A stretch of 47,887 bases of DNA from Candidatus Omnitrophota bacterium (GCA_041654215.1 JBAZDY010000002.1:1-47887), one strand, 5' to 3'; positions 25,940 through 34,405 are shown, counted from the stretch's first letter. Numbers and translations are program-made. The notes: generated by a model from the sequence alone, not told the origin.

Positions 25940-26884
25940 TCAAAAGGTCTCCAGCATCCGGTCTATGGCCCTGCGGGCGCGGCTGCGTATCTCCTGCGGG
26001 ACTTTCACCTCTCCGCGCAGGGTCTCCAGCGCCAAAAACACTTTTTCCTGCGTAGTGCGTTTCATGTTGGGACACACCGCCGCCTCTGCCGCCGGATAGA
26101 ATTCCTTACCCGGATTGTCTTTCTTCAACCTGTAGATTATGCCGACTTCCGTCCCGACGATGAACTCGCGCGCGGAAGAAGAACGGGCGTATTTGGACAT
26201 CCCGCTGGTGGAAAGGGCGGCATCGGCGAGAGAAATAACGGAAGGCAGACATTCAGGATGCGCCAGGACGCGCGCTTCGGGATGAAATCTTTTCTCTTTT
26301 TTTATGTCCTCCTGTCTTATCTTTATATGGGTCGGACAGAACCCGTCCCAGGCGATCAGCTTTATCCCGGTTTGGGCGCTCACGTAGGAAGCCAGATATT
26401 TATCCGGGACGAAGATTATTTGCGGCCGGCGGCCCTCTTTTTCCATCTTTTCCGCCGCGGCTTTCACCACTCCGACGGCATTGGTGGAGGTGCAGCAGAT
26501 ATCCAGCTCGGCTTTCACCGCGGCCGATGTATTGACGTATCCGACGCTGACAGCGCCGGGGTGTTTCTCCTTCAATCCGCGCAATTCCTCCCTGGTGATC
26601 ATCCCGGCCATCGGACAAGAGGCGGTTATGTCCGGCATTATCACCTTCTTCTCCGGAGACAGTACGGCGGCAGTTTCGGCCATAAAATGCACGCCGCAGA
26701 AAATGATCACGTCGGCTTTCGTCCCGGCGGCGATACGGCTTAATTCCAGGGAATCTCCGGTGAAATCCGCTATATCCTGCACCTCGGGAAGCTGGTAATT
26801 ATGAGCCAGAATTACCGCGTTCCTTTTTTTCTTCAACTCCTGTATTTTTTTGCCGATGTTGTCCGCGTTCCTTTCCGGTGACAT
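25940..26884 (-). CDS. nadA: Quinolinate synthase
   Basis: 314 aa. Motifs ILAHNYQLPEVQDIADFTGDSLELS and HFMAETA, with conserved cysteines for the 4Fe-4S cluster. Confidence 0.9.
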   Translation of the reverse strand: MSPERNADNIGKKIQELKKKRNAVILAHNYQLPEVQDIADFTGDSLELSRIAAGTKADVIIFCGVHFMAETAAVLSPEKKVIMPDITASCPMAGMITREELRGLKEKHPGAVSVGYVNTSAAVKAELDICCTSTNAVGVVKAAAEKMEKEGRRPQIIFVPDKYLASYVSAQTGIKLIAWDGFCPTHIKIRQEDIKKEKRFHPEARVLAHPECLPSVISLADAALSTSGMSKYARSSSAREFIVGTEVGIIYRLKKDNPGKEFYPAAEAAVCPNMKRTTQEKVFLALETLRGEVKVPQEIRSRARRAIDRMLETF

Positions 26885-26885
26885 G

Positions 26886-27905
26886 TCAATCCAGTACCTT
26901 TCTTATTATGCCTCCCCCGACGACTACATCTCCTCTGTAAATCACCGCCGATTGTCCTGGAGTAACCGCGAATTGGGGAAGACGAAAAACAATTTTTAGC
27001 GTGTTGCCGGATGGCGTTATTTCGGCTGGTTGTTCCCTATGATTATAACGTATCTTCACGTTAAGGACAACCTTCTTTTTCAACGGCTCGCGGGGAAAGC
27101 TCGGGTTGTATACGATGAAAGCCGACGCCGAAACCTCCTGCCTTCCGCCCAGCACCACCCTGTTGCGCCGCGCGTCCACCTCTTTAACGTATAAAGGACG
27201 ACCGGAAGAAATACCCAGGCCCTGCCTTTGCCCGACGGTATAAAACGGCACTCCTTTATGACGCCCGAGGACTTTCCCTCCCGTATCGACGAATTCTCCG
27301 GGCAGGCAGCCGAATCCCGGAACGGAGACGAGGAAAGAACGGTAATCGCCGCCCGGGACAAAACATACGTCCTGGCTCTCCTTGCCGGAAGAAACGCTCA
27401 ACCCCGCGGAGGAGACAAGCCGGCGCACTCCCTCCTTGGTATAACCGCCGAGCGGGAAAAGCGTGTTCTTGAACGAATCCGAAGCAAGACTGTAGAGAAA
27501 ATAACTCTGGTCTTTTTCTGAGTCGGCCGCTTTTTTCAGGCGGCCGTTTTCTATTTTCGCGTAATGCCCGGTGGCGAAATAATCCGGTCCAAGGGAAAGG
27601 GATTTGACGCGCAGCAGTCCGAATTTGATGTGGCGGTTGCATCGCACGCAGGGATTGGGGGTCCGGCCCCTGGCGTATTCCGCGCGGAAGTTATCGATAA
27701 CCTTACGCTCGAACTCTTTTTCCAGACGGAATACCCGGTGCTCAATGCCGATCTCTTCCGCCGCGCGCCTCGCCGCGCAGATATCCTCGTTCCCCGACAA
27801 AAAAGCGGTAACTCCGATTACCCGGAAACCGCGCGATTTAAGTAATAAAGCCGCTGCCGCGGAATCCACTCCCCCGCTTAAAGCGACCGCCGCCGTTTTT
27901 GACAT
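26886..27905 (-). CDS. mnmA: tRNA 2-thiouridine(34) synthase
   Basis: The track ORF 26886-27986 is trimmed to Met28 (MSKTAAVALSGGVDSAAAALLL, PP-loop SGGVDS). The extension is a translation of the intergenic repeat. Motifs NPCVRCN and ATGHYA are present. Confidence 0.9.
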   Translation of the reverse strand: MSKTAAVALSGGVDSAAAALLLKSRGFRVIGVTAFLSGNEDICAARRAAEEIGIEHRVFRLEKEFERKVIDNFRAEYARGRTPNPCVRCNRHIKFGLLRVKSLSLGPDYFATGHYAKIENGRLKKAADSEKDQSYFLYSLASDSFKNTLFPLGGYTKEGVRRLVSSAGLSVSSGKESQDVCFVPGGDYRSFLVSVPGFGCLPGEFVDTGGKVLGRHKGVPFYTVGQRQGLGISSGRPLYVKEVDARRNRVVLGGRQEVSASAFIVYNPSFPREPLKKKVVLNVKIRYNHREQPAEITPSGNTLKIVFRLPQFAVTPGQSAVIYRGDVVVGGGIIRKVLD

Positions 27906-27923
27906 ATCGATAATAATAAAATT

Positions 27924-28027
27924 CCCCGGACTTAAAACCCGGGGTAACCCTAAGATAAACCAAGGGCAAGCCCGCTCCGCAGCCATACCCGGATTGAAAA
28001 CCGGGGATTTCTGCGGTTTGAGTAAAC
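27924..28027 (-). repeat. Intergenic repeat, full bipartite copy A (R plus L modules)
   Basis: Minus sense, starting 15 nt after the stop of gene 28042-28803: ACTCAAACCGCAGAAATCCCCGGTTTTCAATCCGGG...GGTTTATCTTAGGGTTACCCCGGGTTTTAAGTCCGGGG. It ends 18 nt before the mnmA ATG. It aligns along its whole length with copy B. Confidence 0.75.
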
Positions 28028-28041
28028 AGCGCGTTTGCCTA

Positions 28042-28803
28042 TTATATGCTGTAGCCGGTAAGCAAAAGGGTGTACCCGGCAGAAGACGTCCCCTTCAACT
28101 TTAAAGGTATCCTTTTCCCGTCCGCGGAGATCCATATCTCGAATTTCCGCGGTTCGCTCGTAAAATGGTAGGCCTTGAAAGTGCCGGCCGGGACCTTTAC
28201 TTCTTCTATGGAATCCAGAGAAACGATGAAGCTCTGCGTCGGGAGCTGAACGCTCATCCTCCATCCTTCTTTAAGACCGGGGATTGTCCTGACATAATAA
28301 GGCAGCAATACGGCGTTATGTATGGCCCTATCTTTCTTGATGACCTGCTCGCTTCTGCTTTTCCCCTCTTCCCTTATTATCTTAAGAGAAAAGGCCGACT
28401 GGTCATACTCCTCGGTTATCCTCTCTTTCTTCGGCCAGAAATCTATCATCCTTTCCACGCGCACCGGCAGCAGGCTGCCGGGGAGACAATAAATAAGTTC
28501 ATTATCCCTGAAACGGGCCAGTACAGTGCGGAAATTCACGACATGAACGGCGGTGCCGTTCAGTTCGGTAATATCCCTGTGTTCAAATTCAGCAGTCCCC
28601 ACCGATAGTATACCGAGTTTTACCTGATACAGAATCTTCTCCCCCACGTATTTTTTTATCGGGTCTTCCTGCGCAGGAGAAAATGCGGCGGTCTTTCCAC
28701 CGCGTCCCGAGGGCCGGAAAACAACGGTTTTAAGAAACCAGCCCGCCGCCGCGGCGGCGAGGATGAAGCATAATATAATCCTGTATCGTGGCACCCGCGT
28801 CAT
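28042..28803 (-). CDS. Membrane-anchored hypothetical protein (possibly DUF3108-like)
   Basis: 253 aa. N-terminal TM IILCFILAAAAAGWFL, then a beta-rich body (LYQVKLGILSVGTAEFE..., FEIWISADGKRIPLKLKG). The family assignment is from memory only. Confidence 0.55.
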   Translation of the reverse strand: MTRVPRYRIILCFILAAAAAGWFLKTVVFRPSGRGGKTAAFSPAQEDPIKKYVGEKILYQVKLGILSVGTAEFEHRDITELNGTAVHVVNFRTVLARFRDNELIYCLPGSLLPVRVERMIDFWPKKERITEEYDQSAFSLKIIREEGKSRSEQVIKKDRAIHNAVLLPYYVRTIPGLKEGWRMSVQLPTQSFIVSLDSIEEVKVPAGTFKAYHFTSEPRKFEIWISADGKRIPLKLKGTSSAGYTLLLTGYSI

Positions 28804-28850
28804 TTATCGTCTCGTTATCCCGGGAGGCCGAATAGGGCCCACCCAAGCTC

Positions 28851-28940
28851 TAAACCCGGGGTAATCCTTAGATAAAACAATGACAAATCCACTCCGGCTA
28901 ATCCGGATTCAAAACCGGGGATTCCTGCGGTCTGATTAAC
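28851..28940 (-). repeat. Intergenic repeat, full bipartite copy B (R plus L modules)
   Basis: Minus sense, overlapping the birA stop codon: GGTTAATCAGACCGCAGGAATCCCCGGTTTTGAATCCGGATTAGCCGGAGTGGATTTGTCATTGTTTTATCTAAGGATTACCCCGGGTTTAGAG. By hand alignment it is roughly three-quarters identical to copy A. Confidence 0.75.
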
Positions 28941-29910
28941 CGCGCTGCGGGAGTCCGCAATGTATCACATCCCCTGCCATTACTTTTTCCGTCAAGCCGG
29001 AATCATTCCTGACCAGCAGACCGCCGTCATCTTCTATATCCACCGCCTCGCCCTCGATGACCCCCCTGGGCAGGATTACTTTGATTCTTTTTCCCAGTGT
29101 GGAATTAAGCCCGCGCCATTTACCGATTATCAAAGCGTACTCACCGCGGCAGAATTCTTTATAATAGGTTTCCAGCCTGAAGAATATCTCCTGAAGCAGG
29201 GCAACGCGGTCCACCTTCGTCCCCGCCGCTTCAGCTATCGAGGCCGTGCCCGGCAGCAACTCGGCAGTTTCGTTGTTCACGTTCAAACCCACACCGACCA
29301 CCACGTAAGGCGCGCCGCCGGCCCCGCTGCCGGCCTCGGTAAGAATACCCCCCGCCTTCCGGGCGTCCAGCAGGATATCGTTGGGCCATTTTATCCCGGT
29401 AACGACGCCGGCAACGCTATGCACGGCTTCCGCAACGGCTACCGCCGCCAGCAGAGTAAGAAGGGAAAAACGCCCCGTTGAAGAAGCGGGACGAAGCAGC
29501 AGGGAGAAATATATACCTTTCCCGGCAGGAGAGAACCAGTTCCTGCCGACCCTGCCGCGGCCTGCGGACTGACTCTCGGCGACGACCGCCGTCCCTTCCT
29601 GCGCGCCTTCGGCAGCCAGGCGTGACGCGTCGTCCATGGTCGAAACGGTCTTATCCAAATAAACTATGCGCCTGCCGATCTTGACCGTCGCGAGGTTCTT
29701 TTCTATCTCAGCCGGCATCAGACGATCCGGAATAAAAGTCATCTTATAGCCCAGATGCGGCACGGTTTCTATCACGTAACCGTTGTCGCGCAGCCTGCGC
29801 ATCTCTTCCCACAACTTCTCCGCGCTGATTCCGAGCGCGGAGGTTAACTCCTCCTCCCGCACGAATCGTTCGCTCTCTTTAAGCAATGTGATTATCTTGT
29901 CCCGAAGCAT
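28936..29910 (-). CDS. birA: Bifunctional biotin-[acetyl-CoA-carboxylase] ligase / biotin operon repressor
   Basis: The track ORF is trimmed to Met27 (MLRDKIITLLKESERFVREEELTSALGIS, an HTH). Biotin-protein ligase motif GRGRVGRNWFSPAGKGIYFSLLLRP. The upstream extension reads through repeat sequence. Confidence 0.85.
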   Translation of the reverse strand: MLRDKIITLLKESERFVREEELTSALGISAEKLWEEMRRLRDNGYVIETVPHLGYKMTFIPDRLMPAEIEKNLATVKIGRRIVYLDKTVSTMDDASRLAAEGAQEGTAVVAESQSAGRGRVGRNWFSPAGKGIYFSLLLRPASSTGRFSLLTLLAAVAVAEAVHSVAGVVTGIKWPNDILLDARKAGGILTEAGSGAGGAPYVVVGVGLNVNNETAELLPGTASIAEAAGTKVDRVALLQEIFFRLETYYKEFCRGEYALIIGKWRGLNSTLGKRIKVILPRGVIEGEAVDIEDDGGLLVRNDSGLTEKVMAGDVIHCGLPQRG

Positions 29911-29938
29911 TGTTTTATTTCCACAGGTTATAAAGCTT

Positions 29939-30082
29939 CCCGGGCAATCCTTAGACAAACCCTGGCAGTAAACTGTCCAACTACTCAAAACAGACGCCCG
30001 GGGTAATCCTTGGCTCCTCGGCTGTCCGGTCCCATTCAGGAATGCAAATCAGAGTCTGAAACCGGTCAATAATATCCGCCCG
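29939..30082 (-). repeat. Degenerate copy E of the intergenic repeat, with a duplicated L module
   Basis: L-like strings cccgggcaatccttagacaaa (29939-29959) and cccggggtaatcctt (29997-30011). There is a decayed R-like stretch tctgaaaccggtcaataatatccgcccgg and two cattcagg strings, which are also seen in copy C. Confidence 0.5.
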
Positions 30083-30105
30083 GCATTCAGGATCATGCGC
30101 CGCCG

Positions 30106-30513
30106 TTAAAAACGCACTTCCATCGCCTTGAACGGGCAAATACGCACACAAACCCCGCAGGCGATACATTTATCTTCGGAGAAAACGATCTTTCGGCTCT
30201 CTTTGTCCGGCAGCAAAGCCCCCGCCGGACAAAGAGGCACGCAGACACCGCAATCGGTGCATTTTTCCTCGTTTCTTACCACGTCCTGGCTCAAAGGCTG
30301 TATCTTCACCCCGCAGGACTTCAGATAATGCAGTCCCTTCTCGAAAGCCGGCTCTTCGCCGCTCAGTTCCAGCACCATCAGCCCTTCTTCATCCGGGGTC
30401 ACGTAAGCCTTCAGGATGTTGAAATTAAGTCCGTAATCCTTGACCAGCTTGAAAACTATCGGCTGTTCGACCAGTTTACGGGGGAAATGCAAAACCACTT
30501 TTCTGGAGATCAT
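30106..30513 (-). CDS. NIL-domain / 2x[4Fe-4S] ferredoxin protein (partner of the COG1900 homocysteine synthesis protein)
   Basis: 135 aa. N-terminal NIL-like domain (VVLHFPRKLVEQPIVFKLVKDYGLNFNILKAYV). Two CxxCxxCxxxCP motifs (CTDCGVCVPLCP, CIACGVCVRICP). Confidence 0.8.
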   Translation of the reverse strand: MISRKVVLHFPRKLVEQPIVFKLVKDYGLNFNILKAYVTPDEEGLMVLELSGEEPAFEKGLHYLKSCGVKIQPLSQDVVRNEEKCTDCGVCVPLCPAGALLPDKESRKIVFSEDKCIACGVCVRICPFKAMEVRF

Positions 30514-30529
30514 CTTTCCGCTCCTTGCC

Positions 30530-31738
30530 TTACTCCTTTTTGTAAAGCCTCTCGTTGAGAGGTTTCACCTTGTAGCCGCTCTCGGCCCCCGGCAGCGCCG
30601 CCGAAGGCTCGGTGAGAAAGAATTCCCCTTTCTCTATCCTGGTCTTCAACAGCACGGCTATTTTTCGCGCGCGCGCGTAGCTGGAAAGGCTGCCTGTGGG
30701 AACGGTCTTGCCGCGTAGTTTGATGTTCCCGGAACGCAACTCCGCGTAACTCACTTCAGCGATGATGCGGAACGATCTCCGCGGATAATCGCGGCCGTAA
30801 TCCACCACCGGAGCGTATATCTGGGCATCGGTAACCGCCGCCCGCCTGACCACTTCCTCGTCAAGAACGGGGATAGGCACGCCGATGCCTATGGAAAGCG
30901 TCACCCCGTAACCCGCCATACTTGTGCCGACCAGCCATTCCGGGCTCATCTGTTTCAGGTCGCCGATAACCGCAAGCGTCCCCGCGCCTCCCAAAGGGAT
31001 CCCGTTCCTGCCGCGTTCGGCGCAGGGATTGTGCTGCGTACCGTGCCAGGCTATGTAACCGATCCCGCCTCCGAGAAAGATACGGGTGCCTATGCCTATA
31101 GTTCGGTAATAAGGGTCTTTCAGCAGAGGCGAAAGCTGCCCGGCGGAAGAATAATTGGCGTTGCCGAGCCGCGGTTTAAGCATCCCCATATAGGTAAAAA
31201 CGGTCTTGCCTGAGAGATTGACTGCAACGTTATAATTCTGATAACAATTGCGCATATTAAAGAGAACCGCCTCGTTTAAATCCCTGATGTTAAGCAGTGT
31301 CTCCAATTTTCTCCGGGGATAGCAATCGGTACCGTAAGCGCTGCATTCCAGACGGACGTCTTTGCCCGCTGCCAATTCCTGTATCACGTGTCCGCCGCCG
31401 TATTTGAATTCCCCGGGAAAGACCTTATTGCGGGGATCATCGTCCGGCACGGCGGTAGCCCCGAGGAAGACGTCGACGGCGCCAAAAGCGGCATAAACCG
31501 GCACGTCGTTGACCGTGCAGCTGCCGCCCCCCAGCTTGATCCTCGGCTTGGAGTGCCCGATATTGAAATAAACCCCGCTGGAACACATGGGCCCGAAAGT
31601 GGCGGTGGTGACCACGTCCACCTCCCTGGCGACCTTCCTGACGCCTTTCTTAGCCACCAGGTCGATTATCTCCTCGGCAGTGACCACCACGGCGTCTCCA
31701 CTGCCTATCTTAGCGTTGATCTCCTTGATAGTCTTCAT
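30530..31738 (-). CDS. COG1900 (DUF39) family homocysteine biosynthesis protein
   Basis: 402 aa. The N-terminus KTIKEINAKIGSGDAVVVTAEEIIDLVAKKGVRKVAREVDVVTTATFGPMCSSG is characteristic of the MA1821/MJ0100 N-domain family. It is adjacent to the NIL-ferredoxin, as in described loci. Confidence 0.8.
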   Translation of the reverse strand: MKTIKEINAKIGSGDAVVVTAEEIIDLVAKKGVRKVAREVDVVTTATFGPMCSSGVYFNIGHSKPRIKLGGGSCTVNDVPVYAAFGAVDVFLGATAVPDDDPRNKVFPGEFKYGGGHVIQELAAGKDVRLECSAYGTDCYPRRKLETLLNIRDLNEAVLFNMRNCYQNYNVAVNLSGKTVFTYMGMLKPRLGNANYSSAGQLSPLLKDPYYRTIGIGTRIFLGGGIGYIAWHGTQHNPCAERGRNGIPLGGAGTLAVIGDLKQMSPEWLVGTSMAGYGVTLSIGIGVPIPVLDEEVVRRAAVTDAQIYAPVVDYGRDYPRRSFRIIAEVSYAELRSGNIKLRGKTVPTGSLSSYARARKIAVLLKTRIEKGEFFLTEPSAALPGAESGYKVKPLNERLYKKE

Positions 31739-31758
31739 TTCCCCTCACTTTGGCCCGT

Positions 31759-31980
31759 TCAAACCGAGACCACCTCTTTTACTTCCGGTACTTCCTGTTT
31801 CAGGATGCGCTCTATACCCATTTTCAGTGTAAACTGGCTCATAGCGCAGCATCCGCAGCTGCCGGTGAGTTTCACTTTCACCACTCCGTCTTCTCCGACA
31901 TCCACGAGTTCCACGCTCCCGCCGTCTGCCGCCAGCATCGGCCTGATCTTCTCCAGCACTGCCTCAACCTTTTCTCTCAT
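31759..31980 (-). CDS. NifU C-terminal-domain-like Fe-S cluster protein
   Basis: 73 aa. Sequence EKIRPMLAADGGSVELVDVGEDGVVKVKLTGSCGCCAMS contains the Nfu-type CxxC. SD GGGAGGA upstream. Confidence 0.85.
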   Translation of the reverse strand: MREKVEAVLEKIRPMLAADGGSVELVDVGEDGVVKVKLTGSCGCCAMSQFTLKMGIERILKQEVPEVKEVVSV

Positions 31981-32056
31981 CTAATCCTCCCGTCTGCCGT
32001 ACTCCATTGATGTGCGATCCTGTTTTGAACGGCCTTGCCCGGTCCGCGAAGACGCG

Positions 32057-32956
32057 TCAGGACAAATATCTCTCCCCCGTATCCGGAAGGACCGTAACTA
32101 CCGTCTTGCCCCTGCCGAGCTTCTCGGCCGCCCTCAACGCGGCCCATACCGCGGCCCCCGCGGAAATCCCGGCGAATATCCCTTCGCGCGCAGACAATTC
32201 AAGACGGCAGGATAAGGCGGCCTCGTCGGTAACCGTAATTACCTCGTCTATCAAAGAAACATCCAGCACAGAAGGAATAAACCCCGCCCCTATACCCTGT
32301 ATCTTATGCGCCCCGGCTTTACCTCCGGAAAGAACCGGGCTGGCCGCGGGTTCGACCGCGATAATCTTCACGCGGGGGTTCTTCGCCTTCAACGCCGCGC
32401 CGACGCCTGTCAGCGTCCCGCCTGTGCCGACCCCGCAGACAAAGGCATCGATCCTTCCTGGGGTATCGCGCAATATCTCCACCGCCGTTGTCCTGCGGTG
32501 GGCTTCGGGATTGGCCGGGTTGCTGAACTGCCTGATGGAATAACTTTTCTTGACGGAACGGCCTATTTCCCCGGCTTTATCGATCGCGGCGCGCATGCCG
32601 CCGGCGACGGGCGTGAGCACGACTTCCGCCCCGTAACTGCCCAGTATTTCGCAGCGCTGACGGCTCATATTCTCCGGCATGACTATAATACATTGGTAGC
32701 CGCGCAAGGCGGACAGCATGGCGAGACCTATCCCGGTATTGCCGCTGGTAGGCTCGATTATGGTATAGCCCGGTTGCAGCTGCCCGCTGCGCTCCGCTTC
32801 ATTGACAATATTGAGACAAATGCGGTCTTTTATACTGCCTCCGGGGTTTCCCCCTTCTATCTTTACGAAGACGTTCGCGCTGCGCCGCTCGGGCAGCGAA
32901 TTCAATTTTACCAGGGGAGTATCCCCGATCAGGGCAGAAACATCTTTAGTGAACAT
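32057..32956 (-). CDS. cysK: Cysteine synthase (O-acetylserine sulfhydrylase family, PLP)
   Basis: 299 aa. Motifs IGDTPLVKLN, NPGGSIKDR (PLP lysine), EPTSGNTGIGLA and GTGGT. Confidence 0.85.
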   Translation of the reverse strand: MFTKDVSALIGDTPLVKLNSLPERRSANVFVKIEGGNPGGSIKDRICLNIVNEAERSGQLQPGYTIIEPTSGNTGIGLAMLSALRGYQCIIVMPENMSRQRCEILGSYGAEVVLTPVAGGMRAAIDKAGEIGRSVKKSYSIRQFSNPANPEAHRRTTAVEILRDTPGRIDAFVCGVGTGGTLTGVGAALKAKNPRVKIIAVEPAASPVLSGGKAGAHKIQGIGAGFIPSVLDVSLIDEVITVTDEAALSCRLELSAREGIFAGISAGAAVWAALRAAEKLGRGKTVVTVLPDTGERYLS

Positions 32957-32964
32957 CGGCGTAT

Positions 32965-33414
32965 TTATATCTGATAGACCATCTGTTCTTTATCTTTACG
33001 GTTGAGACTCTCCAGCAGGTCGGAAAAGGTGACGCCGTCGACTATGCGCATAGTGGCGGCGGAGACCCTCTGCCAGACGTCCCGGAAAACGCACTTATAT
33101 ATATCCCGGCACCCTTTATATCCATCCTCAACGCAGGCGATCGGCTCAACCGGAGAAGCGATGAAACGCACAACCTGCCCCAGGGATATCTTCGACGGCG
33201 GCCTTGCGAGAAGATAACCTCCTACTTTGCCCCGGCGGCTCTCGACAAAACCGCCTTTTTTCAATTCCAGCAGCACTTGCTCAAGAAACTTGATAGGAAT
33301 GTCCAGCCGGCCGGCCATGTGCTGGATCCTCACCGGAACCGGCTTGTCATGATAGTGGATCGCCAGATCAAGTATGGCTTTAAGCGCGTAATCGCCTTTA
33401 TATGTTATTCTCAT
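32965..33414 (-). CDS. Rrf2-family transcriptional regulator with three clustered cysteines
   Basis: 149 aa. The N-terminus MRITYKGDYALKAILDLA is typical of Rrf2. Cys cluster C-x7-C-x5-C (ACVEDGYKGCRDIYKC) sits where IscR/NsrR-type regulators bind Fe-S. It lies 8 nt upstream of cysK. Confidence 0.85.
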   Translation of the reverse strand: MRITYKGDYALKAILDLAIHYHDKPVPVRIQHMAGRLDIPIKFLEQVLLELKKGGFVESRRGKVGGYLLARPPSKISLGQVVRFIASPVEPIACVEDGYKGCRDIYKCVFRDVWQRVSAATMRIVDGVTFSDLLESLNRKDKEQMVYQI

Positions 33415-33416
33415 GG

Positions 33417-33434
33417 CTATAATCCTGATTATAA
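33417..33434. promoter_or_regulatory. Inverted repeat between the -10 box and the Rrf2 start codon (candidate autoregulatory operator)
   Basis: CTATAATC-CT-GATTATAa, with 7 of 8 arm positions complementary. It sits immediately upstream of the ATG at 33414. Confidence 0.3.
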
Positions 33435-33440
33435 TAGTAG

Positions 33441-33469
33441 AGTATACCCAAATAACGCCTTTTTGTCAA
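33441..33469 (-). promoter_or_regulatory. Near-consensus sigma70 promoter of the Rrf2-cysK operon
   Basis: Minus strand reads TTGACA (33469-33464), a 17-nt spacer, then TATACT (33446-33441), 26 nt upstream of the ATG. Confidence 0.55.
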
Positions 33470-33499
33470 CCTTATTTAAGGCATTACCTTGAACGGAAC

Positions 33500-34405
33500 T
33501 TAAAAAGAAAGCAGATATCTGGCGGCGGAAAGCGCGGCTTTTGCCCCGTCTCCGGCGGCAATAATGATCTGTTTTTCCGGGACATCGGTAACGTCGCCGG
33601 CGGCGAACAATCCGGGGACATCGGTTCCGTTGGAACAATCGACCTTAATCTCCCTTTTTCCGTTCCTGGAGGCGATGGCGGCGAATTCGGAATTAGGGAC
33701 AAGCCCTATCTCCACGAAAACCCCGCGGACCGGCAGTATCGACTCTTTGCCTTGCGCCGAAAACCGTATGTCTTCCACGAAACGGCCGCCTCTAACCTCT
33801 ATTACCGAGGCATTCTTATAAACCTCCACATTGCCGGCGGCCGAAAGCCTGTCTATCAAGATCGTGTCGGCCGTGAAGCTCCCGGAAGATTCCAGCACAT
33901 ATACCCTGGAGGCTATGCGCGACATCTGTAGAGCCGCGTCCAGCGCCGAGTTACCGCCTCCGATGACCGCGACATCCCGGCCGGCGAACAAAGGCCCGTC
34001 GCAGACCGCGCAATAGGTAAGACCCCTGCCGAGGAATTCCTTTTCCCCCTTAACTCCCAGCAGGCGCGAACGTTTCCCCGTCGCAACGATCACCGCCGAG
34101 GCGCTATATGCATCTCTTTCTCCGGAGACCCTGAACCGTCCGCCGTCCCGCGTAAGGGATAAAGCGGTCTCGGGCTGCACCAGTCTGATGCTGAATTTCT
34201 TCAGATGCTCTTCGAATCTCGCGGTCAACTCCGGACCGCTAACCACCTGGCATCCGGTGTAATTCTCGATGCGTCCGCTCCAGGCCGCCTGGCCGCCGAT
34301 GTCGCGGCTGATCATCATGAAATCCAGCCCCTTCCTGGCGGCATAGATGGCGGCCGTAACTCCCGCCGGCCCTCCTCCTATTATCAAAAGATCCGCCTGT
34401 TGCAT
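33500..34405 (-). CDS. Low-Mr thioredoxin-reductase-like flavoprotein (CAVC redox centre) lacking the NADPH HRRxxxR motif
   Basis: 301 aa. FAD motif IIGGGPAG, redox-active CAVCDG, second dinucleotide motif VIGGGNSA. The position of E. coli TrxR HRRDGFR reads ESSGSFT. Confidence 0.85.
   Translation of the reverse strand: MQQADLLIIGGGPAGVTAAIYAARKGLDFMMISRDIGGQAAWSGRIENYTGCQVVSGPELTARFEEHLKKFSIRLVQPETALSLTRDGGRFRVSGERDAYSASAVIVATGKRSRLLGVKGEKEFLGRGLTYCAVCDGPLFAGRDVAVIGGGNSALDAALQMSRIASRVYVLESSGSFTADTILIDRLSAAGNVEVYKNASVIEVRGGRFVEDIRFSAQGKESILPVRGVFVEIGLVPNSEFAAIASRNGKREIKVDCSNGTDVPGLFAAGDVTDVPEKQIIIAAGDGAKAALSAARYLLSF

Noticed and set aside
26886-27986. N-terminal extensions of track ORFs. Affected ORFs: mnmA to 27986, birA to 29988, TPR-GH to 9421, SBP to 12417, MFS to 22919, rnfE, rnfG, purN, pfkB, sufC, the TPR lipoprotein and PNPOx.
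   Set aside because: The extensions read through intergenic repeats, promoters, the tRNA or neighbouring genes. In every case an internal Met coincides with an SD, a signal peptide or lipobox, the known family N-terminus, or an ATGA overlap.
27924-28940. Integron attC sites / gene cassette interpretation of the repeats flanking gene 28042-28803.
   Set aside because: The element ends do not form the RYYYAAC...GTTRRRY inverted core pair. The flanking genes are housekeeping (birA, mnmA). No integrase is present, and other copies follow PilZ and TPR genes within ordinary operons.
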